Assembly: GCF_036365525.1 (NCBI RefSeq)
Contig: NC_090411.1
Span: 31,760,432 to 31,824,431, forward strand
Direction of reading: 5' to 3'
Source: Heterodontus francisci
Lineage: Eukaryota
DNA: 64,000 nt
The translations under genes were made by a program, and so were the position numbers. Position 1 is the first letter of the stretch, and each line of letters begins with the position of its first letter. The notes beneath the pieces are model-generated. The model had not been told where the DNA came from, made no database searches, and saw only the letters and a program-made list of their open reading frames with translations. This document shows positions 37,792 through 52,275 of the stretch, piece by piece.

Positions 37792-39949
37792 CACCTTCCT
37801 AAAGGTTCCTTGACATTCCTCAAATCTGAAAGTGTTTCGTGGTTTAATGTTGTAGCATCTCAATTTCAAATTAAATGATAATTTGCTATTTTTGCTAAAG
37901 TAGCTTTTTATAATCTGACCAAGTTTACTATTTGCATGATCTGTGTAAAAATAATTCTCATCTCTCCCTCTGGTTCTTTTGCCTCACGGTGTTCCTCTGC
38001 AATCTAAAACATTGACATCTGGTTTCATTGCAGAAGTGGTTCAGTCCTGGATTAGCTGATGAGATGTGTTTCCTTGGATTAAATCTGTTTTAGATGGGCC
38101 AGACAGGGTGGCAGTGATTCACATCCAGAGCCAACAATCACACTACAGACACAAGTCTCTCAGGACAGATGCCACCAATGGGCACAGTTGACCCACCTGA
38201 ACAGAAAAAGTTTCCAGGTGTTTACACCTGTTCTGGTCAAAAAGGATCCAAGATGCAGTGAATGTCCTATGGCCACAAAGGTTTTTGACCAAACTAATGG
38301 ACATTCCATGGTCACCCCGGTGGATAATAGAGAGTTTGATTAAGACCTGTGTTTCTGGTTCTGAGGGAACTATTGATTGATCCTTTCCACATGACAACTT
38401 TGAATTCAGCGTCACTACCTGTAGGGACTAGGAATGTTGATCAGTAGAAAAAGCTCAAGGTGATAAGAAACATCCTTTGCTGTTCGTGAATTTTCACACT
38501 AGCAAAGATCAAATAAGGTTACTGGAAGCTTCTTTAAGAAATGGAAAGACTTTAACATGGAATGACTGAAGACTGGAATTTCATTAGGAACTTAAGAACT
38601 GCAGTGAAGATAAAGTTAAATCTGGGCTAAGTACAGTTGCAGCATGAACATTTGAATCCATCGATGGGCTGAAGGAAATAAATGGAGACCTATTAGGATT
38701 TGGAATGGATAATTTTTATTTAGTATGAAATGTACAATGGGACTAAGCACAAATTTATATAGAGCAGTTCAAGCATTAAGTTTATAAATTGAAGGACAGG
38801 AAAATATTGAGCAGAGAAATAGCTCAGTTTAATTTGCTTCATGCAGTTCATGAAATATATTCATTCCTTCCAGAATGAGGAGATTGGAGTAGAGCACCAG
38901 ATATTCCTCTGCCTTTCATACCATACCCAGTTTCTTGGATTACGCCAGAATGTGCAAGACTTTCTAAAGTCAGTCATCTCTAAAAACAAATCCATATTTT
39001 TTTTTCCTCCTTCACAGGCCCCTGCCAAACACTTCAAAGGCCAGTAAAATTATGGCATTTCCAATTGATTTCCTAGTCATGCAGTTGTAATTCCCTTTTG
39101 TACATTATGGGAAATCAAGTTCCTATGGCTTTTTTGCCCACAGAGCTTACCAGGTAGTCCAGAGTTATAAATTTGGCCATGAGAACTACCCTAGGTATAT
39201 TTTACATACTGAATTCTGACTGGATTGGTAGAAGCTTTCTTGTTACTGGGACTGCTCAGGCCAGGACAGATACTATCCTTAAATAGGATTGATCAAGATT
39301 GAAATGATGGAATATTAAGTCACTGCTAAAATATGAAAGAATGTTTTCCAAACAGCTGCAGCAGCACAAGAGCAGGAGCATGCACCAGTGGTGACATTCA
39401 CTTGGTTTTAATCAGCCTCGGCCCCAAGCTCTGGAGTTCCCTCCCTAAAAGGAATCTGCCTTTTAAAACAATCCTCAACACCTCTATGGCTAAGCTGTGG
39501 CATCAGCCTTCTCAGAGGGTGTCACTATTGTCTGTGAATGCTTCAGTTAACCATCATGCAATGCTGAAGGTATTATATAAACCATTATTGTATTACATTT
39601 CTTCATCTAAATTACAATTACTAATCACCCTTCACTGTGATCCTGAATACACAAAAAGCAAAGAATTATCACAAATTGAAAAGGATTTCAATTTCAGAGG
39701 ACATGATAAAGCTGTTACACAGCCTAGTGTAATTTTTGTTCAATGCAAGAATGTTTGTTAAAAAAAATGAACCAAACAAGGAGGCAAAACTCAGTCCAAT
39801 ATGGAGAAGTTTATTTAGTTAACATTACACATCATGAGATGAGGTCTCCAGGTCATTAGCCATCATTCCCTACAATGACCAGGAAGGGAAGGGGGTGACT
39901 TACACACAACCTTAGTACTAAACAGCTTTGATCCCTGCAGTCAGTTCAG

Positions 39950-42089
<2,140 letters not shown>

Positions 42090-42170
42090 CCTCACTATTT
42101 CTGTGCACTAATAACTGCTCACTACTTCCTACAAATTTCCAAAACTTATACTACCTAACACAAGCTCTTG

Positions 42171-42385
42171 TATTTATACCACTGGGTCAGCCTGCATTCA
42201 AGCAGGAAATGACATCACCAATGATAATTGCAACCCCTGACAGCCAGTCAGGAATCTTGCATGAATCCAGGCACAGATTAACAGAGGAGAGGGGGTGTGG
42301 GGGAGGGGATGGGACCAAGAGCCAATCAGAACCTTGGAATACCAGAAGGTTTTGGGAGATTAGTTTTGATGATGTCACTGCTTTT
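42171..42385 (-). promoter_or_regulatory. Conserved ferritin-array promoter, copy 8
   Basis: TATAAATA, TGACATCACCAAT, GGGGGTGTGGGG, GAGCCAATCAG and distal TGATGTCA. Confidence 0.72.
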
Positions 42386-42450
42386 GAGTTCCTTGACCTT
42401 CTTCAAATCAGAAAATGTCTCGTTGTTTAAAGTTCTCATTTGAATTAACT

Positions 42451-42760
42451 GGACGGCGCAGTGGTTAGCACCGGAGCCTCACAGCTCCAGGGACCCGGGT
42501 TCAATTCTGGGTACTGCCTGTGCGGAGTTTGCAAGTTCTCCCTGTGACTGCGTGGGTTTTCGCAGGGTGCTCCGGTTTCCTCCCACCACCAAAGACTTGC
42601 AGGTGATAGGTAAATTGGCCATTGTAAATTTCCCCTAGTGTAGGTAGGTGGTAGGGAATATGGGATTACTGTAGGGTTAGTATAAATGGGTGGTTCTTGG
42701 TCGGCACAGACCCGGTGGGCCGAAGGGCCTGTTTCAGTGCTGTATCTCTAAATATAAATA
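42451..42760 (+). mobile_element. HE1/V-SINE-type element
   Basis: Same family as 3353-3680; absent from the paralogous site at ~24465. Confidence 0.87.
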
Positions 42761-44356
42761 ATTTGTTACTTTCATTGAAGTGGCTCTTCATAAACTGACC
42801 AAGTTTGTAACTTGAAGGGAACTATGGAGCTGATACAATAATCAAAGCATCAATAATCAAATAATAATAATCAATAATCAAATCATACAATAATCAAAAC
42901 ATCTTGAATGAATGGAGTGAACATTACTGAATACAGCGTCACCTACAGACTCATCTCCATTTGCTGTAGTTTGTTTTGGGGCAGGCTTGATGGACTAGCT
43001 GGTCATTTCCTGCCCGTCAATTCTGTATGTTAGATGAGTCCTTTTTATGGTCAACTTTTAATGAGGCTAAAGATTATTTGAATCTGTTGGAAACACTGAG
43101 ACTCAGATCTTCTCTAACTCTCTGGCTCATCATAGATTCAGACTGCACAGAAGGAGGCCATTTACCCCATCCTGCCTCTGCTGGCTTTTTAAAAGACCTA
43201 TCCAATTAGGCCCACTCCCCCACACCTACCGATAGCCCAACAATTGTTCACCTTTTCAAGCATATATCCTCTTCAAAATTAGTATTAAATCTGCTTCCAC
43301 CACCCTTTTAAGCAGTGCATTCCAAATCACAACAACTAGCCGTGCAAAAGGCTTTGACTAACTGACGGACATCATGTGGTCACATAAGGGCCACCTAGGT
43401 GGACCCCAGAGACTTTGATCAAGGCCTGTAGTTACTGGTTCTTAGGGAACTATTGATTGATCCTTTCCACAGGACCTCTAAATTCAATATCACTTCCTAT
43501 AGGGAGTAGAGATGTTGATCAGTATGAAAAGATCAAGGTGATGATAAACAACCTTTGCTATTTGTGAATTGTCACACAACAGCAAAGTTTAATAAGGTGA
43601 CTGAAATGTCTTGGTGTGTTATGCAACCTACACCAGAGTGTGTTATTCTCATTTTTAGTTTCTTTCGAACCAGAACCCATTAGCGTTACCTTTCCTTTAC
43701 ATGGTTTCTCCCATCACACAATCCCTTGTGCTACCACAATGAGTAGTTGAGGCAAAGAGCATAGATGTATTCAAGGGGAAGTTACATAAACAGTGGGAGA
43801 AAGGAATAGGCTCTGCTAATAGGGCTAGGAGGAATTCAGAGCATACACACTGATAAGGAGCTGTTGGGCCAAATAGCCTTTCTCTGTACTGTAAATTCAA
43901 TGTAATTCTTAAAACACAGGCACCTGTAAAGCTTTCACATTGTGCCAGCTGAAGATTTTGTTTTGTCTGAAACATGAAGCCATCAAACCCATTAGCCTGG
44001 AAATCCGACCCAAGTCATAGAATTGTAGCACAATGTGCTGACAATACCCAAAAAGTGCCTTTAAGAGATGCAAAGACATCTACGTGGAATGATCGAAGAC
44101 TGAATTTCATTGCTCCCAGTGCAGGACTCAACACCCCCCCCTCACCACCACCCCACCCAAGCAATTTAAATGAGAAGCAGCAAAATGAACCACAAGGAGA
44201 CAAAATCCAATCCAATATCAAGTTTATTTTCAGCTAATGACAGCTATTACATTACACAGCAAGAGCCATATGTCTCATTGCTCTTTCTAGTCAGAAGCCA
44301 TCATTCCTCACAATTGAGATTGAGGACTAAACACAAGCTGGTTTCCTGCAGTCAGT

Positions 44357-47267
44357 TCAGTCACTCTCCCCCAGGCTGAGCTTGTCAAACAGGTACTCTC
44401 CCATGTCATTGTCAGGGGCTCCCAGTCTCTTCAGGTTGGTGATGTGCTCTCTAAGCTTCTTGATCATCTTCACTTGCTCATCCAAGTAGTGAGTCTCCAG
44501 GAAGTCACACAACTGAAAAAAAAACCAGATAGGTCCAGCTGTAGAAATCATGAAGTAGTGTCTCAACAACGGTTTGGACATTAATCCTCTTGAACTTGTG
44601 GGTAGAGAAATGGTGTAACGATTAAATGTACTGCTCAAAAGAGGTATATAGATTAATTATCCTACTGTGATCAAACTCTCCTCTCCAAAACACTCAAGAC
44701 ACCAACAGGGAGATATTGGACATTGAAATATTGTGAATGGATTCCAGAGCTGCCAAGATTCATGAACTACAAAAGCCCACATTAAAAGAACTTACATGAG
44801 GGTCAGTGTTGCCAGTGGAGAGTTTGTGCAGATCCAGCAGACTCTGGTTCACATCCTTCTCCATCTGCAGAGCTCTCTGCATTGCCTCCAGACCATTGCT
44901 CCACTCATCCTGCTCTGGCTTCTGAAGAGGAAAGTCAGACAGTTTACTTACAATGGATTTAACAAAAAATACACATTAAATTGCCTGTCACCATAAACCA
45001 CTGTTAGAATATAAATGACTGCATTTAGTTATCACAAGTGGACTGAGGAGGTAAATAGTATATCTATTTAAGGTGAAGCTAGAAATGTGCATAGAAAAGG
45101 AACAGAAGGATATGCTGATCAAGGTTAGTGAAGCAAGGAGAGGAGAGACTGGAGAAATATAAAATACTAGCATAAACCAGCTTGGCTAAATGGCCTATTT
45201 GTGCCTTTTATCAAGTTACAGTCAGTCAGTCATACAGCACAGAAACAGGCCCTTCAGCCCATTGTGTCTGCCAGCCATCAAGCATCTAACTATTCTAATC
45301 CCATTTTCCAACACTTGGCCTGTAGCCTTGTATGCTATGGCATTTCAAGTGCTCATCTAAATACTTCTTAAATGTTGAGGGTTCCTGCCTCTACCACTTC
45401 AGGCAGTGCGTTCCAGATTCCAACCACCCTCTGGGTTAAAAACTTTTCCTCAAATCCCCTCACCTTAAATCTATGCCCCCTGGTTTTTGACCCCTCCGCT
45501 AACGAAAAAAGTTTCTTCCTCTGTAACCTATCAATGCCCCACAATTTTGTATACCTCGAAGGCTTTCCTCCTCACTACTTACAACACCAGTTTTAGTGTC
45601 ATCTGCAAACTTACTGATCATACCTCCTACATTCAAGTCTAAATCATTAATGTGCCCTACAAACAGCAAGGGTCCCAGCACCGATCCCTGTGGTACACCA
45701 CCGGTCATAAGTTGTTTCAGATACTTTCTAAAGCATCAGTTTAAAGGGGATCCAAACAGGAGGCCATTTATTAAACCCAACCTTGATGTCCTCCAAGATG
45801 ATTTGGCCTCCACGTTTATTCTGGAATTTCATCAGTTTCTCAGTGTGCTCCTGTTCCTCATGTGACTGCTCCTTGAAGAACTCAGCAAAGTGACGCAGGG
45901 CAACATCACCCCGGTCAAAGTAATAGGACTGTGGAGAGATTAAAGTAGCATTTGTTTCCCATGGCAGATCAATCATGCATTGCGTACATAAAGCCAATTT
46001 CAATATTTTTCTTTCAAGACTTCACAGTCTCACTAAAAATGCACAGTCTTATTCACTTCAATCGACATGGATTGGATAGTCTCACTCCAAGTCATGGTGA
46101 AACTAGCCAGTGGAAGATTAGGCCATTGGCAAAGGAACTGGGAAATTATCTAATTATCAAGATTTGGATCCTTCAACTAGGTTGATGTTCAATCATTAAC
46201 TATTGACCCAGGTCTGTTTTGTACAGGTTAGTTAAAGGGCACGACTGGAACTGGAGGCAAAGCCCTTAAAGTAGAGATGTAGTTACAGTACACAATTCAC
46301 ATAGTACAATGATGATATAAACAAGTCTGAGTTTTACTGGCTACATTCATCCCATGGACAAGGTCAAAACTACAAGCAGCATTTGGAAACTTCAATACAA
46401 AGTATTTCAGAGGAGAAATTGATACCAAGGAATAAAAAAAAAAGTTAATTGTATGACTGGGAAGTACTCGAAGGTCAAGGCATAGGAAAACAGCAGGACT
46501 GAGGGAGAGCACCCCTGACTAGGGACAAAGTAACTGAAGGCTTGCTACCAATAAAGCAAAAGACTGTATGAGAAAGGACAGAAGGTTACAGCCTGGTACT
46601 TAAAGCCAATAGACAAACAAGAGCAGGCCATTCTGCCCTTCAAATTGAATGGAACAGCCTTGATCATACTGTTCTATCACTTAGCTTTAATCCCTTGCCT
46701 CAAAAGTTCCCGTTATCCCAACAGCCTTTGGCCGAGAGGAGAGAAACAAAAGCAAAAGTTCTAGATTGCTACCATCCTATGTGGAAAAGCACTTCTTGAC
46801 TTCCCTCCCAAATGGCCCAACTTTAATTTTCAGATTAGATTCCTTCATTACGAAAGGCAAGACAGGGAAAAGCTTTTGGGCAATTTCAAATTAAGAATTG
46901 CCAAATATATTCATTGGAATGAGAGGGTATTCCAATAAATCTACAATAACAAACTCACAGGAAAGAGAGTTAAGATTTAACACACTCAAAAAATGGTTCA
47001 GCAATTGCACAGGAGAGAAAAAGTTTGTTCATTAACACACATGATAAATTACATACAGCTTTAAAAAAAAATCACTGTACATAGATTGCAGGAAAATAGC
47101 AGAGTTGGATATATCTCAGTTTAGTAAATTTATAATCTCCATTGAGATAGCGAAAAATGCAAAATTCACCATATTTAAACATAGGAAGAATAGAGCTCCA
47201 GATTGATCTGCTTGTTGACAGCATCCTCACAGCCTTTCTGGTAGTTCTGACACACTTGAGAAGCCAT
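44357..47267 (-). pseudogene. Ferritin copy 9, probable pseudogene with atypical 5' end
   Basis: Exon1 47170-47267 is 98 nt (net -4) and reads ..TAT GTT TAA, an in-frame stop at codon 31. Exons 45782-45928, 44796-44921 and 44357-44512 are open; exons 2 and 4 carry extra missense changes ([19 protein letters not shown]). Confidence 0.85.
45225..45705 (-). mobile_element. CR1 LINE fragments in intron 2 of copy 9
   Basis: [22 protein letters not shown] on the minus strand, plus a CR1 3' end. Confidence 0.8.
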
Positions 47268-47662
47268 CTTATTTATTTTAACTTCCAAACAGCTTTGTTG
47301 AAACAAAAAGTTAAAACTTCAACTGCCCGAACTGCTGTTTTTGTTCTGCTAGATAATCCAGGGCGTGGCAGTCTAGGTAATGAGCGACAATCCTCAACAC
47401 CCTATTAGAAATTGCAGCCTCCCTCAGTACACCAATCAAGTAAAGGGAGGGGGGGAAGAGCCACTCACAGCTTTGTAGGTTGAGCATCATTGGCTGACAG
47501 CTCAATAAGGATCTCAATTGCCCTGCACTTCCCCCAAACATAATTCAAATATCCAGAATCAGTGGTTTAAGCGAATTCTTTAGCGCTTTTATACGGATGT
47601 ATATCTTTATCAATTAAAAGAGGTAATCAGTGCTCCCTTCTTAAAAGGACATCACTAAAAAA

Positions 47663-48030
47663 GGGCGGCACAGTGGCGCAGTGGTGAGCACCGCAGCCTC
47701 ACAGCTCCAGCGACCCGGGTTCAATTCTGGGTACTGCCTGTGTGGAGTTTGCGAGTTCTCCCTGTGACTGCATAGGTTTTCGCCGGGTGCTCCGGTTTCC
47801 TCCCACAGCCAAAAGACTTGCAGGTTAATAGGTAAATTGGCCATTATAAATTGCCCCTAGTATAGGTAGGTGGTAGGGGAATATAGGGACAGGTGAGGAT
47901 GTGGTAGGAATATGGGATTAGTGTAGGATTAGTATAAATGGGTGGTTAATGGTCGGCACAGACTTGGTGGGCCGAAGGGCCTGTTTCAGTGATGTATCTC
48001 TAAATCTAAAATCTAAATCTAAAAAATCTA
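47663..48030 (+). mobile_element. Full-length HE1/V-SINE-type element
   Basis: GGGCGGCACAGTGGCGCAGTGG head and (TCTAAA)n tail. Confidence 0.9.
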
Positions 48031-48059
48031 AACTGTAACAGAAACCAAAACTCTAAAGG

Positions 48060-48310
48060 AAACTTAGCAATTCAAATTAAAATGACATTTCTTTTGAGTG
48101 GGGGGGGGGGGGGGGGGAGGTGTTGACGATACACTCCGGTGCCCACCAGTTGTAGGAGGCCACAAACAAACCGCCAGACACAGTGTGCCGCCCCCTCTCC
48201 GGGGACATCCAAGCATGGATGTAGCCGCTGATGAGAGGCAGACAGTTGGACTGAACGGCCTCCTCAGCTGCATACTACCTGGACCTGTTAATAGCCACCT
48301 GGCTTGGTTA
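48060..48310 (-). mobile_element. Tx1/L1-clade LINE extreme 3' remnant
   Basis: Minus strand reads ..QVAINRSR.. and ..WWAPECIVN.., similar to 58870-59150. Confidence 0.5.
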
Positions 48311-48508
48311 AATAAATCCTCTGTTGTTTGTGAATCAGTGTCTTTTTAATAGTGCTGGATGGTTCAGTGAGTTGGGTATTTGCAGCTATCTGTAGCTTTG
48401 ATGCAACATCCAGATGGATCAATGGATCTGTAAAGCAACCAACAATGGGACAGATGAATGTCAAGTTTTCAGATACTCCATCACTTCCAAACTTATTGAG
48501 CACCTGCA

Positions 48509-49300
48509 TATAGAAACACAGAATTGTTACAGTGCAGAAGGAGGCCATTCGGCCCATCGTGCCCGCACCATCTCTCCAAAAGAGCAATTTACTCAGTCCC
48601 ATTCCCCTGCCTTCTCCCCGTAACCCTGCACATTCTTCCTTTTCATATAACTGTCTAATTCCCTTTTGAATGCTTCATTTGAACCTGCCTCCACCATGTT
48701 CTCAGGCAGCCCATTCCAGACCTTAACCACTCGCTGCGTGAAAATGTTTCTCCTCATGTCACTTTTACTTCTCTTACCAAATACTTTAAATCTGTGCCCT
48801 CTCGTTCTTGGTCCTGTTCCGAGTGGGAGCAGTTTCTCTCTATCTGCTCTGTCCCAGACACCTCATGATTTTGAATACCTCTATTAAATCACATCTCAGC
48901 CTTCTTTTCTCCAAGGAAAACAGTCCTAACTTCTCCAATCTATCTTCATAACTGAAGTTCCTCATCCCTGGAACCATTCTTTGTGAATCTTTCCTGTGCT
49001 CTCTCCAATGCCCTCACATCTTTCCTAAAGTGCAGCGCCCTCCAGCTGAGGCCAAACTCGTGTCTTATACAAGTTCAACATAACTTCCTTGCTTTTGTAC
49101 TCTATGCCCCTACTAATAAAGCCCAGGATATTGTATGCAGTATTAACCACTCTGTCAACCTGTCCTGCCACCTTCCGTGACTTATGCACATATACACCCA
49201 GATCCCTCTGCTCCTGCACCCTCTTCAGAATTGTACCCTTTATTTTATATTGTCTCTCCATGTTCTTCCTACCAAAATGAATCATTCACATTTCCCTGCA
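48509..49300 (-). mobile_element. CR1 LINE 3' fragment
   Basis: IHFGRKN..QRDLGVYVH..ILGFISRGIEYKSKEVMLNLYK (ORF 49025-49285). Confidence 0.85.
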
Positions 49301-49387
49301 TACATCAGCTAGAATATGGAGGAGACCCAGGGATGTTGAATTCTTATCATGAAATTTACAAGCAATGATATAGACTGCAGTTCAAAA

Positions 49388-50185
49388 TGAAAGAACATGC
49401 ATTTCTATCGTGTCTCTCATGATCTCAAGACGTTCCAAAGTGATTTACAGCCAATGAAATACTTTTTGAGGTGTAGTTACTGTTGTAATGTAGGAAATGC
49501 AGTCGTCAGTTTACCCTTAGCAAGCTCCCACAATCAGCAATGTAATCAAGACCAGATTTTCTGTTTTAGTGATGTTGGTTGACGGATAAATATTGGTCTC
49601 CAGGAAAAGTTTAGATTAGATTAGAGATACAGCACTGAAACAGGCCCTTCGGCCCACCGAGTCTGTGCCGAACATCAACCACCCATTTATACTAATCCTA
49701 CACTAATCCCATATTCCTACCAAACATCCCCACCTGTCCCTATATTTCCCTACCACCTACCTATACTAGTGACAATTTATAATGGCCAATTTACCTATCA
49801 ACCTGCAAGTCTTTTGGCTTGTGGGAGGAAACCGGAGCACCCGGAGGAAACCCACGCAGACACAGGGAGAACTTGCAAACTCCACACAGGCAGTACCCGG
49901 AATCGAACCCGGGTCCCTGGAGCTGTGAGGCTGCGGTGCTAACCACTGCGCCACTGTGCCGCCCTGCTCTTCTTTGAAATCGTTTCATGCGATCTTTTAA
50001 CGCCCTCCTGAGAGGGCAGGCAGAGCCTTGGTTTCATGGTTCATCTGAAAGATGCACCTTTGACACAGCAGCTCTCCCGCAGTACTGCACTAGAAATGTC
50101 AGCCTAGATTTTATGCTCACGTTTCTAGAGTGGGACTTGATCCCACAATCTGCTGACTCAGAGACAATAGTGCTACCCACAGAGT
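49388..50185 (-). mobile_element. Deu-type (SacSINE1-like) SINE interrupted by an HE1-type SINE
   Basis: tRNA-like head at ~50130-50185 on the minus strand; body homologous to 23270-23555; split at 49610-49964. Confidence 0.6.
49610..49964 (-). mobile_element. Full-length HE1/V-SINE-type element
   Basis: Reverse complement of the 47663-48030 family. Confidence 0.9.
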
Positions 50186-50330
50186 CCTTCTGACTGATCC
50201 CTGAAACTAAAAGCTCTGCGTCGTCCACTGTGTCAATATTTATAGCAGTCATCTGTAGATTCACCCCATTATCTGTCTTTAGTCTCCTCAGACTCATCTC
50301 CTGTCCCATACTTCCGTACCACCTGCTGAT

Positions 50331-50519
50331 ACTAGGGGCAATTTATAATGGCCAATTTACCTATCAACCTGCAAGTCTTTGGCATGTGGGAGGAAACTGG
50401 AGCACCCAGAAAAAACCCACACCGACACGGAGAACTTGCAAACTCAGCACAGGCAGTACCCAGAATTGAACCCAGCTCCCTGGAGCCGAGAGGCTGCGGT
50501 GCTAACCACTGCGCCGCCC
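50331..50519 (-). mobile_element. HE1/V-SINE-type element, 5' half
   Basis: Same family, truncated. Confidence 0.8.
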
Positions 50520-52275
50520 TTAGTTACTAGATGAACTGTTTCAACAAACTGAAAGGAAAGTTGACGTTGTCCTAAAAGTGGCAAATGTTAGGGTTCCCTG
50601 GATATCAGTCATAGACCTGATCAGAACACTGGAAATAGCAGTGTTCTGAAAGCATAAAAGTGGAGCATTATTGAAGGAAAGGTAGTAAGGAGGTTAATGA
50701 ACTGGTGTGTTCATGTGTTGAAAACCTCTACATTTCAGTATGTTCAAACTGAAAGCACTAAACACAGACTAAGTCTCTGTTTACCCAATAGTTACCAGGG
50801 TCTATTTGCCAATTTACACTTAGAAGCAGCAGCGTTAAACATTTAGAATCCAGTGCAATTTTGTACCAGAGCAATAGGACTTAGAGTACTCATAAGGTTA
50901 AAAAAAAAGGACATGAGCAAGACCAATATATAAAAAAGAAAATCAGCACAGGAGACCCAAGGGGCTTCCAAGATTGCAAATGACAAGAAAAGGGAAAAGT
51001 TGAAACCTGTGGAGTCTGGGCTACAACAGCTGCTAAAAATGGAATCCAGAAGGGCTGAAAAATATAAAGTAAGAATGACTGGAGATTTGGTCTTTAGAGC
51101 AACCCAAGTTTGGAACATGCTCAAGTTTGGAGATCACTGGCACAGCTGGCATTTGTTGCTGATAGTTACCACAAGGTAGTGGCTTAGTGCCTCCCTGAAC
51201 TGCAGGCCACATGAAGGTGCTCAAATGGTCACATTTAAGCCAGACTGGGCAAGGATAGCAGGTTTTCTCCACCACACCCCCACCAAAAAAAGCTAGTTGG
51301 ATTTTTACAATCCAACCAGTCCGTGGCTACAGAGGTCAGTTTTCATGGAGAGGAATCCAAACTTTAAAATAGTCATGGGAATATTTGAATTTATTTTTTG
51401 AATTAGAAGTCTAATAACCACACTGTGTACCCTCAACTTGAAACTTAGCTCACCTAGAGTGGAGAAAGTGCAAAGTCTACACTGAGACTAAGGCAATGCA
51501 AGATAAAATTCTGTTACTTGAATTCTAAATATCACTAGTTCAGTTGTAACTGATGGTAAAGGCTCACACCCAATTGCAAATAGACTATTTTTCATTCATT
51601 ATAGCCAGCAATTAATGGAGAATTTAGATTAAAAGATATTTTAAAAGGGAGAAAGACATTAAACTATTCAATGAACTTTGGCCTAGAGGCTGTGAACTAT
51701 GTTTATATAGATTAGCAATTACATCAAGTCAGCCAATTACATTACCAGTCCCTCCTTGCCACTGAGTGCAATTATATGAGGCCTCACCTGACATTTTGCA
51801 CTCAGTATTTGCATCAGGGATCAGCAGCAATTCAAGGGGTGGGTTGGGGTTTGTCTATTCAGAGTGCAGCTTGTACTGCAAAACATCCATAACAAAAAGG
51901 AGATTCAAGTGAGGAGCAAGGTCTTACCATAACCAAAATCACATTGGAGTCTTAGTGCACCAAACATTTAAACCAGCTAAGAGACCAAGATTAGACTTGT
52001 AGCTTTGATCATCTTAGGCCACTACTGAACCAAAGTCAGTATTCTGGAAAGAAGGTTAAATAATCCCCATTACCAACCAAATCTAGCTTGATTCCATTTC
52101 TTCGAAGTAATTCTTATTTGATGCAAGCTCAAACAACTGACCTGAAAATCAGTTCTGTTAAACACCAAAATGTTTTTATTTCAGCTGCCACAAAACACCC
52201 AAATACAACATTTACAAGTTAACCTCAAGACAATTACTAGTTCAGAGTAATGCCAATACTTTAGTACACCCAAAG

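Noticed and set aside
42836-42900. (AATAATCAA)-like micro-repeat
   Set aside because: Simple low-complexity expansion, absent from the paralogous units.
47663-47740. tRNA gene
   Set aside because: The A/B boxes are the head of a SINE that continues into the family body and tail.
48100-48120. Long poly-G run (G-quadruplex candidate)
   Set aside because: Homopolymer inside a Tx1 remnant; its length is unreliable and it has no conserved context.
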